From a virus (taxonomy: Duplodnaviria > Caudoviricetes): a stretch of DNA of 64,000 nt. A program made the translations under genes and the position numbers. Below the pieces are notes generated by a model. The model searched no databases. It worked only from the letters and a program-made list of their open reading frames with translations, and had not been told where the DNA came from. Below are positions 17,248-27,682 of the stretch, in pieces; within the stretch, counting starts at the first letter, position 1; the number at the start of each line of letters is the position of its first letter. The stretch spans positions 64,001 through 128,000 of IMG/VR virus record IMGVR_UViG_3300036778_000062; one strand, given 5' to 3'.

Positions 17248-18389
17248 AGCGCAAGGTTCCAAAACGCACCCACAGATCGCTCGACATTGTTGTGTGAGCC
17301 ATTTCCTGTATTCGTGGATGATACCGATCCAGAGACAGAGCCGCTGACGGTACCGGAGACGTTCGCGGTCCCCGAAAAGGTGCCGCTAACGCTCGCATTA
17401 CCTCCTAAGCCGAAGTTGCCCCCGCCGCCGACACCGCCCGAACCCTGCGTGGCACCGAGAATAACCGCACTGGTCGAACCAGAAATCGACCCGGAGCAAC
17501 CACCGGACATCGAGCCTGACATCGAACCCGACATCGAACCGGAGGAGTTAATGCCGGGGATTTGCGAGGCAGCGAGGGTTACAAGATTTCCGCCAAGGAT
17601 CGACCCGGGCGTGGTGGTGTTGCCGGAGACGACGGTGACGCCATTCAAAAGTGCAGTTACCCCGCCGCCCATCGTATCTACGCCAATGAGCCCGGTACCT
17701 TGAAGCGCCGGCGTCGTAAGTCGTCGGTTGGCTGCGAAATCAGCGAATGGATTTGCTCCTCGTGCGACCGGTGCTCCGGCGCTGGTTAGAAGAGGGCATT
17801 GCGAATTGGAGAATTGCAGCCAAACTGCGCAGAACAAGAAAAACGTTGAGGCGTTTGCAACGTTAGCGCCGGACGCGGCGTTGCCGACGGTCTGGCCGTT
17901 CGCGGTGACGAAGCCGCTTGGATTCAGGGTGGACGAAAACGATGGAACGGGCGTTCCGCTAACGATCTGCCCGGGCTTCGTGACCCAATTTGCTGCCGCT
18001 CCGCTTAGATCGTCCGGGTTCGTCAGGTTGTTGTCGACGGTTGACATCCATTCCTTGCCGAGCACAAGGCCCGAACGCAGCACCGCACCCTTCGGATATC
18101 CGCCAATCGCTGAAGCAAAATCGGCGTCATAGCTGTAGCCCATCCCAGCTTCAGCCCATTGCAGGGCCGCCGAAATCTGCTGGAAGATGCCGTTGAAGTC
18201 GGAGCCGAATGGCGGGACGCCGCCGGCAGCGATCGGATCGAAGTTGAGCGGCACCCATCCATCATGCAGCGAGGCCGCACCGTTCTGGATGCCGATTTGC
18301 GAGTCGACGGGAATCGGCCGGATGAATGCGGCGCTGGCGAATTGCGCCCACAGCACGGGAAACTTGCTGGGGATCGACGTGGAGAGCAT
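17244..18389 (-). CDS. Baseplate-anchored tail fibre with collar domain
   Basis: AIGGYPKGAVL...STVDNN..NPD anchor; P.GF..ANGQT collar; SGS repeats; HNNV. Confidence 0.8.
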   Translation of the reverse strand: MLSTSIPSKFPVLWAQFASAAFIRPIPVDSQIGIQNGAASLHDGWVPLNFDPIAAGGVPPFGSDFNGIFQQISAALQWAEAGMGYSYDADFASAIGGYPKGAVLRSGLVLGKEWMSTVDNNLTNPDDLSGAAANWVTKPGQIVSGTPVPSFSSTLNPSGFVTANGQTVGNAASGANVANASTFFLFCAVWLQFSNSQCPLLTSAGAPVARGANPFADFAANRRLTTPALQGTGLIGVDTMGGGVTALLNGVTVVSGNTTTPGSILGGNLVTLAASQIPGINSSGSMSGSMSGSMSGGCSGSISGSTSAVILGATQGSGGVGGGGNFGLGGNASVSGTFSGTANVSGTVSGSVSGSVSSTNTGNGSHNNVERSVGAFWNLAL

Positions 18390-18399
18390 GGGCGATCTT

Positions 18400-19059
18400 T
18401 CAGAGAGGTGTCATGACAGCGACGTCCACGCCGGACGGCCGCGGCAGCACGCCGGACTGTTCGACGATCGCAAGTTCGAGCGGCGATAGGGCGAAATCGA
18501 ATTTTTGGACCATCGTCATATCGCGGTTGTCGACGACGTAGCAGTTGCCGCGTCCCGGAAAGAGGCTGCGCAGGATCTGGTTGATGGACTTGATCGAGCC
18601 GTCCGTGATGTTGAACAGCGCCTTGGCGAAGATCAGGATCCGGTAGGAGCTGTCCGCGAGCACGAAGTTGTTCGTCAGCGGCTGGCCTTGGAAGAACGGC
18701 GCTTGGCCGAACGGTTGCGAACCAGGTTGCGCCTCCTCCATGCCGAGATAGATATCGCTCTCTGGGACGCTGAGTGTGCGCGAGACGTTGACGATATCGC
18801 CCCAGATGTCGAGGCCATAGCCGACTGCGGTTGCAATGTTGAAAATATCGTCAAAGAACGCGGTGATGTTGGATGTCTGGTCGACGCACTGGAAGACGTT
18901 GTAGATTAGCTCGATGATGATCGGGCTGTTTGCGTATTGTGAGATAACCGTCTTCCAGAAGTCGAAATCCGGAATCGGTCCGATCGGCGAGACGCCGATG
19001 ATAAACTTGCCGATCGCATTGGATCCCGGTCGCGGCCGGTTAATATCCGGCCCGCTCAC
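18400..19059 (-). CDS. Baseplate wedge protein (DUF2612-like)
   Basis: SQYANSP, TAVGYGLDIWG.IV.VSR, LPRPSGV. Confidence 0.85.
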   Translation of the reverse strand: MSGPDINRPRPGSNAIGKFIIGVSPIGPIPDFDFWKTVISQYANSPIIIELIYNVFQCVDQTSNITAFFDDIFNIATAVGYGLDIWGDIVNVSRTLSVPESDIYLGMEEAQPGSQPFGQAPFFQGQPLTNNFVLADSSYRILIFAKALFNITDGSIKSINQILRSLFPGRGNCYVVDNRDMTMVQKFDFALSPLELAIVEQSGVLPRPSGVDVAVMTPL

Positions 19060-20477
19060 GTTAGGCTCACCTTGATGTTCGTCGCGTTGATCGTCGGCAC
19101 CTGGTCTATGTTGACCGTGACGTCATTGCGGTTCGCCAACGAACCGAACATCGTGGTAGAGCTTACGGTCTGCGACACGCTCACCGTCCAGGTCGTGCCG
19201 CTTCCGGCGGTGATTACCGTTCCCGGCAGCACGATGCCATCGACATCGGAAACCGTCTGGCCGATCGCGACCGCTCCGGAGGCTGTCGCGCTGACGGTCA
19301 GCGTCGTGTTGGCGATCGCGCCGGTGAACGTCGCGCTCGAATTATTCGATGAGCCGACCTGCAAGGAGATGATCTGCGCCCACGTGCCCAGCGCGATGAT
19401 CGACGGCGCATAGCGCAGCGAGAATACGGTGGAGCCGATCCGCGCGCGCTCGCCACCGTCGCCGCCTGCGAACGCGCTGATGATCGCGTTTTGGATCTGG
19501 GTGACGGCGTCGGCCGGGACTTGGCTGTTGTTGAGGATAGTGACCGCGAACAGGATCGGCAGGCCAGACGGCCGTTCGAAAGTGATGTCCCAAGTCGGCA
19601 GAGGAGGCGCGTAGAGAGCTGAATCACCGACCACGGTAACGTCGGTGTTGCCGTTCATGTCGCAGCCGGGGGGCTTCTTGCTCCAGATGGCGGTTGCTAC
19701 GTCCAAGTCGGTCGCGCCGACCGCGGCGATATAGATCGAATGCGGGAGCAACGAGACGCCGCCGATAGTCTGGTTGGTGCCCTTTGGATTGTCGGTGACA
19801 TATGCGTCGAGCACATCCTTGACGCTCAACACCACGCCCATCACCGCCTCGTTAGTGTTGGACGAGTTGGCCGCGACCGACGCGCGCCGCCGTGCCTCGA
19901 ATTGTTGCCGGCTCTCGACATTGGCACCGAGCACACCATCGTCTGGGTTGGTGATGGTGTCCCAGCCGTTGATGGCGCGATATATCTCGGTCAGCGTGCC
20001 GGCCGGGCAGGCTATCGGCCCCAACGTCTGATTTGCGAACGTCAGGCTGATGCTGCCGGTCTCAGGGATCGTGCCGCCATCGGTGCAGGAATAGATGTTG
20101 CCCGATATGTCTCGCGCGAGCGAGCCGACCGGAATGAGAACGCCGGCGCCTCCTGTGCAGGTGCAGCTGACCGTCGTCGGCTCGGATGGATTCCGGAGCA
20201 GGAAATAGATAGAACCAATGGCGTCCTGATATCGCCCCGACGCGAAGTCGGGGTTCATCTGGTTCGATAGCGTGATGAAGCTGTCGTAGGCGGCCGCGAT
20301 GATTGCGGCGATCGACGACGCTAGCTGGCCTTGCGGCGTTGAGAGGGACGGATTGAGGCCGCCGCCGAACGCTGCATTGATATCGGCCTGTACGCCAGCG
20401 AGGATCTGATCCTGCGTTGGCGCGACAAATCCCTGCGCCGTGAACGTGATCGGCGGAACGTTCGTGGTGATCGCCAT
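19056..20477 (-). CDS. Baseplate J/gp47-like protein
   Basis: TPQGQL, P.FASGR.QDAIG, G...ES...FE.RR, PHSIY..AVG. Confidence 0.9.
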   Translation of the reverse strand: MAITTNVPPITFTAQGFVAPTQDQILAGVQADINAAFGGGLNPSLSTPQGQLASSIAAIIAAAYDSFITLSNQMNPDFASGRYQDAIGSIYFLLRNPSEPTTVSCTCTGGAGVLIPVGSLARDISGNIYSCTDGGTIPETGSISLTFANQTLGPIACPAGTLTEIYRAINGWDTITNPDDGVLGANVESRQQFEARRRASVAANSSNTNEAVMGVVLSVKDVLDAYVTDNPKGTNQTIGGVSLLPHSIYIAAVGATDLDVATAIWSKKPPGCDMNGNTDVTVVGDSALYAPPLPTWDITFERPSGLPILFAVTILNNSQVPADAVTQIQNAIISAFAGGDGGERARIGSTVFSLRYAPSIIALGTWAQIISLQVGSSNNSSATFTGAIANTTLTVSATASGAVAIGQTVSDVDGIVLPGTVITAGSGTTWTVSVSQTVSSTTMFGSLANRNDVTVNIDQVPTINATNIKVSLT

Positions 20478-20478
20478 T

Positions 20479-20829
20479 TCAGAAATTCGCAGCCGCTGTG
20501 TTGCCGGCCTGATCAAGGATCTGGACCTGCCCGTGAACCTCGCGATTGACGATCGAGGTGATGAAGACGTTCGCAGCCTTGACGCCCGGCACTGTCAGAG
20601 CGGCAGCGCCGAACTTCGCTTTCATGAGCGAGATATTCGGAGGCTTGCCGAAAATCTGCTGGAAGTAGGGGATTCCCTGTGTCGTGTCGTACCAAAGCTC
20701 GGCCTGGAAGAGCTTGATTGCGCTGGCCGCATCCTGCGCTAGGGAATACGGATCGGACGCGACCGCAATATTGCCAGCAGCATCCTTCGTGAGGTCCCAG
20801 GTTTGCGGATTGAGCAGAAGCGTCTTCAT
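20479..20829 (-). CDS. Baseplate gp25/W-like protein
   Basis: WDL...GNIA, F.AELWYDTTQGIPY. Confidence 0.75.
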   Translation of the reverse strand: MKTLLLNPQTWDLTKDAAGNIAVASDPYSLAQDAASAIKLFQAELWYDTTQGIPYFQQIFGKPPNISLMKAKFGAAALTVPGVKAANVFITSIVNREVHGQVQILDQAGNTAAANF

Positions 20830-21503
20830 CAGTGCCCCGCGATCGGCGGCTGGTTGTTACCAGCGTGTTCGTGGCCGATTAGCGTGACCTTGGCGGCACC
20901 GGTCTTCGCCTGCACATCCGTACCTGCGAAGACTGTTCCGGCTACCGTCAGGTCGCCGTCGATTGAGCCGTCGGCTTTGATCTTCAAACCATTCAGCGCA
21001 ATGCCGTCGTTGCCGGATTTGACGTCGATGCCGTGCTCGGTGAACCGCAGGTATTGCGTCGGCGCGTCTCCGAACAGGCCACCGATATAGACGCCATCCG
21101 ACATGCTGAATTTGCGTCTCGATCCTGGCTGCGACTCCTTGCCTTTGGTCGACTTCACCACCGATATGTCACGATCGGAGACTGCCATCCAGCCGATATC
21201 ACCGACGACCGGATCGACGATTAGAGCGCCCCATTTGCTCATCACTCGAAAGACGGGAACGTTGAAGACCGTCCCGTGCGAAGAGACATTGTTCTGGCCA
21301 TCAACGATCTTGGTCAGCGGCAGCACATTGACGGTGCCCGGCGCGGCGATGGCGCCGGCGCCACCACCGACCGCGATCACCTTGACCAGCACGATGGTGC
21401 GAACGCGGGCTAACGTTCGGTCGATCTGGAATTGAAGTGCGCGGAAGTCTGATGCGCTATCGTCCGGATCCTGCTGACTATAGCCGGAGGTCGAGTCAGC
21501 CAT
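20829..21503 (-). CDS. Baseplate central spike (Gp138/gpV-like)
   Basis: DPVVGDIG...DRDIS, R.FS.SD, C-terminal HxH metal site (GHEH). Confidence 0.85.
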   Translation of the reverse strand: MADSTSGYSQQDPDDSASDFRALQFQIDRTLARVRTIVLVKVIAVGGGAGAIAAPGTVNVLPLTKIVDGQNNVSSHGTVFNVPVFRVMSKWGALIVDPVVGDIGWMAVSDRDISVVKSTKGKESQPGSRRKFSMSDGVYIGGLFGDAPTQYLRFTEHGIDVKSGNDGIALNGLKIKADGSIDGDLTVAGTVFAGTDVQAKTGAAKVTLIGHEHAGNNQPPIAGH

Positions 21504-22410
21504 TGGTCGTCACCGGGGTTGCGAAGTTGGGGCTTGTACCGAACAGCACGCTTTCCCACTTGCCGCCCGGCGTTTGGCATTCGAGCTCGTGGTTCACACT
21601 GTAGATGTTCCAAGTCGCATTCGCCGGTTGAAGCTGCGAACCCTTGATCGTCACCTGCTTGCCGATAGCGAAACCTGGATTGTACGGCGCCTGGAACATG
21701 ACGCCGGTAGAGGTATAGGCCGGGTAGTCGAACATCGTATTGTCTTGCGGCGAGATGGTGATGACGCCAGCGTTGCGGTTCTTGAACTTCGGCCAGATAG
21801 CAAGCACGCCGCGATCGATCGTCGCGCTGATATCGGCGTGCTGCACGAGCTCGTTGTACTGGTCGCGGGGCGAGCCATAGAGATAGACATTGGATAGCGC
21901 GCCGGTCACGCCGTTGTTCTCGAACGTCAGCCCCATCGCTTGCGCGATCGCCTGCATGGCCGTCGCGATCTGGACGGCGCCGTTGTAGCTCGATGGTGTG
22001 GCAGCAACCGCAGCGAAGGCGGCTGCGGCGTTCGCTGTGATCCGCATCGGCGCGTCAGGCTGATGAAAGTCGATAACGCTCGCGATGATCGATCCGACAT
22101 AGGCTTGCGACAGACCGCTTTCTGAATCGCCCGCCTGCAGGATGATCTGGTTCTTGGGCAAGAGATTGATCTGCTGTCCATACGTCGATAGCTGGCTCAT
22201 CACACTGAGCGGCAGACCCCAGACCGACAGGTCGAGCTTGCCATCGATGCCGCCGGCGTTGTGGATCGAGGCCTTCATGCGGACTGCGCTAGAGCCGGCG
22301 CCGCCAAAGGTGACGGTATTGTCAGAGCTACCGTTGAATGTTGGCGTCGAAGACGACGGGTTGATGGTGATGCTGGCCTGGAGCTGCTTGATGGTGAAGC
22401 CAGCGGTCAC
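21496..22410 (-). CDS. Baseplate hub protein
   Basis: Synteny and length; IAQAMGLTFENNGV. Confidence 0.75.
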   Translation of the reverse strand: MTAGFTIKQLQASITINPSSSTPTFNGSSDNTVTFGGAGSSAVRMKASIHNAGGIDGKLDLSVWGLPLSVMSQLSTYGQQINLLPKNQIILQAGDSESGLSQAYVGSIIASVIDFHQPDAPMRITANAAAAFAAVAATPSSYNGAVQIATAMQAIAQAMGLTFENNGVTGALSNVYLYGSPRDQYNELVQHADISATIDRGVLAIWPKFKNRNAGVITISPQDNTMFDYPAYTSTGVMFQAPYNPGFAIGKQVTIKGSQLQPANATWNIYSVNHELECQTPGGKWESVLFGTSPNFATPVTTNG

Positions 22411-22715
22411 GTCGAGATGTCCGAGGCTTCAATGTATTCGAGCAGCCAGCGAGAGCCGAGGCCGGTGTAGACTGGATCATCCGTTCCCTGCTGGTCGAGA
22501 AACCAGAAATCACCGATAAAGCCGAGGTATGCGTACCGAACAAGGCGGTTGGCGTTCTCGCAGGTTACGTTCTCGACCACCGGCGTGTTGTTCACCGCGA
22601 GACTGAAATAGAACAGCCCGTCGCTTCTGGTCGCCAGCGTGATTTGGCAGGATTGGCCGCCGACCAGAACCGAGAAGGTCTGGTTCGGAACAGGCTGCGT
22701 CGGAACGATCAGCAT
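22407..22715 (-). CDS. Small baseplate protein
   Basis: P.PNQ...DP.YTGLG.RW.L.Y. Confidence 0.75.
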   Translation of the reverse strand: MLIVPTQPVPNQTFSVLVGGQSCQITLATRSDGLFYFSLAVNNTPVVENVTCENANRLVRYAYLGFIGDFWFLDQQGTDDPVYTGLGSRWLLEYIEASDIST

Positions 22716-23452
22716 CAGTCGTTAAACGGGTTGCCGGCCTCGGTAAGGGCCGAAGTAAATTGCGAGTTTTGCGCCGCTGTCGGGGTTTGCGGCTGCACAT
22801 TGCCGCCGTTCAGGACCGGCGAGGCCGCCGGGTCCTGCGGTGCGTTGATCGCCGCGAATCCGTTGTTGATGCGATCCTGTCCGGTCAGCGGACCAACAGA
22901 GGTGTCGCTGGTGCCCGAGACCGGCGTCGTCGTTCCGGTGTTGCCGGTCTGCGTGGCTGCAGCGCTCGAGGTCACGAGGCCCGCAGGCCTGACCTCCTGC
23001 GCTCGTACATCAATGGTGAGGAGGCCCGCTCCTCGTTCCGCCGACCGTAAATAGTTCTGATGAACCAGGTTTAGGTTCGTATAGGTGACCTCCGGCGTCA
23101 CCACATCATAGAGGTTGGTGTCGCCAATGATCGCAGCAATCGAATTGATGAGGTTCTGCCGATCGGCGATCGATCCACCCGTCGCGAAGCGCAGCGTCGT
23201 CTCAAACGGCCGCTGCACCTTATTGTAGGAGGCGAAGCTGCCTTGTTCGACGGGTGCATTGGTAATGCTGAAATCCTGCGTGAACTCGATCGATAGCACG
23301 CTGTCGGCGATCACGACCGGCTCGCCGTTGAGGAAGAGGCCCCATTGCGACGAAACGGCGCCGAAGCCAAGGAGGTCTGAGGCGACCAGCACCACCTCCG
23401 AGAAGACGCCGGCGATATCGCTCGGAAGGCTCGGCAAACCCGGAATGCTCAT
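22715..23452 (-). CDS. Tail tube initiator/Dit-like baseplate protein
   Basis: APVEQGSFASYNKV.RP, YDVVTPE.TY. Confidence 0.75.
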   Translation of the reverse strand: MSIPGLPSLPSDIAGVFSEVVLVASDLLGFGAVSSQWGLFLNGEPVVIADSVLSIEFTQDFSITNAPVEQGSFASYNKVQRPFETTLRFATGGSIADRQNLINSIAAIIGDTNLYDVVTPEVTYTNLNLVHQNYLRSAERGAGLLTIDVRAQEVRPAGLVTSSAAATQTGNTGTTTPVSGTSDTSVGPLTGQDRINNGFAAINAPQDPAASPVLNGGNVQPQTPTAAQNSQFTSALTEAGNPFND

Positions 23453-24852
23453 TCGCCGCCCACCGATGCCTGATTGGCTTCAGCCTGCCGGCGCAAGCCC
23501 AGCTCGCGCAGACGATTGGTGAAGTCCTGCGGATCTCGCACACCGGGCAGGTTGATCGGCCCGTTGATCTCGAACGTGGTCTGCTGGCTCGAGACTGCCG
23601 GCGCGTTGCGATCGACACCGGCCCACTGCGAGAGGTGCGCGCCGTTGGCCGCACCATGAAAATCTGTCCAGCCATGTTTCTGCACCCAATCGAGCGCGAA
23701 GGTGATGGTGCGCGCTTCGTTGGCCGGGTCGGATGGATCGAGCCCGGTCTGTTCGCGGAACTGGTCGCCGACGGCGTGCCCGCGGCGTCCGGGGGTGATG
23801 TGAAGCTGGTAGGCGCCAAACGACGTTCCATTGTCGCCAACGAAGCTGGAGAAGCCCTCGCTGCGGGCAACCGCCATTGCATAGTCCGGGTTTATGCCCC
23901 GGCTCGACGCCTGCTGCCGGATGAACGCTTCTTTCTGTGACGGATTGCGGAATCCGCCGGCCGCCGCATCGACCGGCGTCGAGTTGACGGCTGGGCGGGT
24001 GTACGTTGTCGCTTTCCCCCCGTCCTGCGGCGTCACGAGGAGGTAGTGCGCCAGGTCAATTGCGCCGAAGAGAAGCTTGAGCCCGAAGTTCTCCGTGGAT
24101 ACCTTGAGTGCATCCCAGCGCCGCTGAAGCCGGCCAGCTGCTTCCGCCTCAGAGTCCGTCCAGCCCTGGATTTTCTGAAGCTTCTCGATGAGCTTGTCCG
24201 AACCCTGGATCAGCATGTCAAACATGCCCGCGTCCATGCCCGGGATTTTGCCGGCGAGGTAGGACGCCAGATTCTGGTCCTGCGCAAGGTCGTGGATGAT
24301 CTTCAGGTTCTGCGCCAGCGCGAGGTAGTTTTCCTGCAGCGACTTGGTGCTGTCGATCGTGCGGGCGTTGGCGGCGTCCAGTTTCTGCGCCTCGGTGTTG
24401 ATGGCGCGGAATATCGGCATGATGCCGGGCGCTTCCGGACCACCCACCTGCCAGGATGTGAAGACGTTGGAAAGCTGCTGGAAGGATCCAGCCATCTGCT
24501 CACCCGTCGAGCCGAATTCGCGAGCAAGGCCCTGCCATTTTGATATGTCGCTTGCGCTCTGTCCGATCGCGCGTGACAGCCGGCCGACGGCAGCGCCGGC
24601 CTGTATCGTGTCGGTGACGAAGCCTCTGAGGCTATCGACGCCGGCGAGCACGGCGAACATGCCGACCGCGCGGCGGCCCAACATGGCGATCGATTCCCCG
24701 ACTCGATCTGTCGAATCCTCGACTTCGCTCGATCGCCGGCGGACCTCGTCTGTGGTCTTCTTGGCAGCCTCGACGGCCTTCTTTTGTTGGGCGTCGAATT
24801 TTGTCGCATCCAGGCCGAGTTCGATGACAAGCGAGTCGATGACGTGAGCCAT
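23449..24852 (-). CDS. Short tape measure protein with C-terminal lysozyme/transglycosylase-like domain
   Basis: VIDSLVIELGLD start, helical body, GINPDYAMAVARSEG...GTSFGAYQL. Confidence 0.8.
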   Translation of the reverse strand: MAHVIDSLVIELGLDATKFDAQQKKAVEAAKKTTDEVRRRSSEVEDSTDRVGESIAMLGRRAVGMFAVLAGVDSLRGFVTDTIQAGAAVGRLSRAIGQSASDISKWQGLAREFGSTGEQMAGSFQQLSNVFTSWQVGGPEAPGIMPIFRAINTEAQKLDAANARTIDSTKSLQENYLALAQNLKIIHDLAQDQNLASYLAGKIPGMDAGMFDMLIQGSDKLIEKLQKIQGWTDSEAEAAGRLQRRWDALKVSTENFGLKLLFGAIDLAHYLLVTPQDGGKATTYTRPAVNSTPVDAAAGGFRNPSQKEAFIRQQASSRGINPDYAMAVARSEGFSSFVGDNGTSFGAYQLHITPGRRGHAVGDQFREQTGLDPSDPANEARTITFALDWVQKHGWTDFHGAANGAHLSQWAGVDRNAPAVSSQQTTFEINGPINLPGVRDPQDFTNRLRELGLRRQAEANQASVGGE

Positions 24853-24853
24853 A

Positions 24854-25102
24854 TCAAGGTCTCTTCGGCCGCATCAGCCATCGGTTATAGGCATCGACTT
24901 GTCCGACCTCGATCAGATCGTAGACATCTCGCAGGCTATAGATCGTCTGCGTCTCGTGCAGCGTGGCGAGCTTAAGGCTTACGACTGCGCCAATTGATCG
25001 GGGGATGTTGACGTATTCTGCGAGCTGGCGGTTCGTGCCATCTGAAGCTTGGCCGAGATCGCCTCGTTCAATGTCTGTACGAGCCCGGCCAAAGTAAAAC
25101 CC
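24854..25102 (-). CDS. Tail assembly chaperone frameshift extension (gpT-like)
   Basis: -1 frame ORF beginning at slippery G GGT TTT; LATLHE.QT.YSL.DVYD. Confidence 0.7.
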   Translation of the reverse strand, partial: GFYFGRARTDIERGDLGQASDGTNRQLAEYVNIPRSIGAVVSLKLATLHETQTIYSLRDVYDLIEVGQVDAYNRWLMRPKRP

Positions 25103-25467
25103 GTATGCAAAAACAGCCATTTCTCGCGGAGCAGCTTCAGCGTCGAAATCTCCTCAACGAGCTGCGGATTCCACGGGACGCGAACGTCAGACTGCGGGTG
25201 GCTCCAGACGCATTGCAGCATCTCATCCATCAGCGGTTTCACCGCCGGCGGCGCGGAGCCGATGAAGGTCTGGTAGCCGAGGAGCACCAGGCCGAGCGCG
25301 CCGGCCTGAACCACGTCCGGAGAGACCGGCACGCCTGAGGTTCCCAACGCCTGGAAGGTTCGCACCGCGAACCATTCCAGGTCATAGGCTGACATCTCGA
25401 CGATGAGGAAGGTCTTGTCCTTGTCTCGATTGTCGTCGGTGATCTTGACCACAAGTTCGTTACGCAT
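24979..25467 (-). CDS. Tail assembly chaperone (gpG-like)
   Basis: Between tube and tape measure; RDKDKTF.I.EM.A. Confidence 0.8.
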   Translation of the reverse strand: MRNELVVKITDDNRDKDKTFLIVEMSAYDLEWFAVRTFQALGTSGVPVSPDVVQAGALGLVLLGYQTFIGSAPPAVKPLMDEMLQCVWSHPQSDVRVPWNPQLVEEISTLKLLREKWLFLHTGFTLAGLVQTLNEAISAKLQMARTASSQNTSTSPDQLAQS

Positions 25468-25470
25468 GCA

Positions 25471-25899
25471 TCACACCGGATTCGGAATGGCGCTTTGCCA
25501 TGTGATGGTGTGCTTTCGCTCCTTCAAGGTGCGTTGAGCATCGGAGATCGGCTGATAGGAGGTTAGGAAGCCGCGAGTCATCGAATACTTGGTCCTAAGG
25601 CTGCGCAGCGTCTCGGTGCCACTCGCGATCAAAGTGTCCTGCTGCGCCTTCTGCTGCTGAAACCATTGATCGAAGAAGAAGTTGGCCGGCGAATCTGCCA
25701 TCAAATAGAAGGTCTGCCTGGTCGGAACGTTGATGAAACCGCCGGTCAGGACACCATCCACGCCCATTGCGGTTTCGGCCGCCTCGATCGGTTCGACGCC
25801 AAAGACATTGTCGGCGGCGAACTGTTGGAGCTGAAACGGCTGGTCGAAAAGACCAGGGATCGTCAGCATGATGATCGCATTGGCTGCGGTTATTGACAT
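25471..25899 (-). CDS. Tail tube protein
   Basis: Follows the sheath; LQQFAAD, MGVDG.L.GG, LMADSP. Confidence 0.8.
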   Translation of the reverse strand: MSITAANAIIMLTIPGLFDQPFQLQQFAADNVFGVEPIEAAETAMGVDGVLTGGFINVPTRQTFYLMADSPANFFFDQWFQQQKAQQDTLIASGTETLRSLRTKYSMTRGFLTSYQPISDAQRTLKERKHTITWQSAIPNPV

Positions 25900-25929
25900 T
25901 TTCGATTGGCTCCCAGATCGCGCGATCGA

Positions 25930-27675
25930 TTAGAGGAGAGCGACGGTGGGCAGCGAGATCGTCTGCACCGCTTCGCCGTCGGTGTAGAAGAACTTCATGG
26001 GCGGCGAACCGCGCTGCTGACGCACCTGTGGAGTTGCGGTGCCTATGAAGAGATACCAGCCCTGCACCGACAGCGTTGCGGCCACATTCAGGCCACCAGC
26101 TGCGGCATTGACGGCGGCTGCCTGTGAGCCCGAAACTGCAACACCGGCGCTGTACATGCCGAACGTCAGGCCCTGCTGGATGCGGTCCGACAGCGCTTCT
26201 TCGATAGTGGTATTGCCGGCCGAGGTGTACGGGATCGCGTTAGTGTTCTGCCGCAGCGTCATCAAATCGGACTGGAAGCCGTTCGTCAGCCAGATGGCAT
26301 TGATGAGACTGTCCAGCCAGGTGAAGGCGCCGGAAACTGAGCCGTCGACGTAGAAGATGAACTCGGCATTCGCGGTGCCGTAGGCACCATAGAAGTTGTA
26401 GCCGTTTTCCGACAGATTGTCGGCCACGACTTCGTCGGTGACGCCGGGGGTCAGGCCCGCCTGAGATCGACCATCGAAGGTGATCCGGCCACCGGGCTGG
26501 TCGAAATTTATCGAGGCCGCGGCGCCCGAGACAAACGCTGCAAGATTGGTTTCGCTTGGCTGCCAATTGACCGAGCAGCATGCGTAGCCGAGCGCCTTGA
26601 TCTGTTGACCGAGACAGTTCGGAGCCGGATCTGAGACCGTCGGTGAGACGTCGCTGTCCGCGACCACGTAGACGAAGCGGTTGCTCTGCCGCGATACCCA
26701 TTGTGCGAAGGCGAGCCGGACCGTGATTTCGTCCGGCGCATCCGGATTGAATGTCGTGAAAAACGTCACCCAATTGCGCTGGTTGCGCACGAGCGCATCC
26801 ATGAACGGGCTTGGCGTCGCCGCCACAGCACCAGGCGATACGACGGCGCCGAGGGCCTGCGTCAGCAATAGGTCGGTTGCGAGAGCACCAGAACCGAAGC
26901 TGATGGTCGAATCCTCGCCCGCGGTACCGGAGAAGAAAAGGAAGGCGCCAGACACGCTGTCGAATTGCACCGCCGGCGCATCACCGGTCATCGCCTCGCT
27001 GTTCACCGTCTGAGAGGCGTTGACCGAATAGGTGCCTTTGCCGCCCATTGAGCCGTCGGTCTCGGTGCTCGTGAGCTGCTGCTGGATGAACGTGCCGGCC
27101 GTGACGCTTGCGCCGTTGAGGACGACGCCAACGCCAAGCTTGCCTTCGCCCTCGGTGAAGGCGGTCACGGTTAGCGTGGTCGTCGCGATCGAACAGGTGA
27201 ACGCTGCAACCTGCACGCCTTCGATGCCAAGCTGGTTCGCGATTAGCTCGGCCGCGTTCGTGAACGAAGTGGAGCCCGACAGGTTTACGTTTGCGGTTTT
27301 CAACGTTCCGTCGATCGTGACGTTGAGCGTACCGCTAAAGCTCTGCAGCTCCGTCAGCGTCGTGGACGCTGCGATGTTCCCGCCGCGCAGGAAGGCGGCG
27401 ACATCCTCCTCATTGTACTGCGCCACCTGGAGCGCGCCGGGCTTCACGGTCGAGCCGTCGTAACCGGCGAAATAGGTGGTTGCCATTGAGGCTTCTATCG
27501 AGGTCGCCCCAAAATACTGGCTGACTGCGTCCGGCGTGTCGAACTCCTGCACGGTACCGATCGGCACCCGGATGGCATTTGACAGCATCAAACCATTCGT
27601 GACGATGGCTGAGCCGCCGGCGGGCAATACGCCCGGCGGGACATCCACGAGTTTCCTGGCCGGGATTGTGCTCAT
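25930..27675 (-). CDS. Contractile tail sheath (DUF3383-like)
   Basis: YFG..S.E...A..YF, NFYG.Y, WLD......WL, IPY..AG, R..RGSPP..FFYTDG. Confidence 0.9.
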   Translation of the reverse strand: MSTIPARKLVDVPPGVLPAGGSAIVTNGLMLSNAIRVPIGTVQEFDTPDAVSQYFGATSIEASMATTYFAGYDGSTVKPGALQVAQYNEEDVAAFLRGGNIAASTTLTELQSFSGTLNVTIDGTLKTANVNLSGSTSFTNAAELIANQLGIEGVQVAAFTCSIATTTLTVTAFTEGEGKLGVGVVLNGASVTAGTFIQQQLTSTETDGSMGGKGTYSVNASQTVNSEAMTGDAPAVQFDSVSGAFLFFSGTAGEDSTISFGSGALATDLLLTQALGAVVSPGAVAATPSPFMDALVRNQRNWVTFFTTFNPDAPDEITVRLAFAQWVSRQSNRFVYVVADSDVSPTVSDPAPNCLGQQIKALGYACCSVNWQPSETNLAAFVSGAAASINFDQPGGRITFDGRSQAGLTPGVTDEVVADNLSENGYNFYGAYGTANAEFIFYVDGSVSGAFTWLDSLINAIWLTNGFQSDLMTLRQNTNAIPYTSAGNTTIEEALSDRIQQGLTFGMYSAGVAVSGSQAAAVNAAAGGLNVAATLSVQGWYLFIGTATPQVRQQRGSPPMKFFYTDGEAVQTISLPTVALL

Positions 27676-27682
27676 TGGTTCC

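Noticed and set aside
17506-17541. 3 x 12-bp tandem repeat as a contingency locus
   Set aside because: In-frame and degenerate; simply encodes SGSM repeats of a fibre shaft
12250-18389. Diversity-generating retroelement or invertible tail-fibre cassette
   Set aside because: No reverse transcriptase, invertase or TR/VR pair seen
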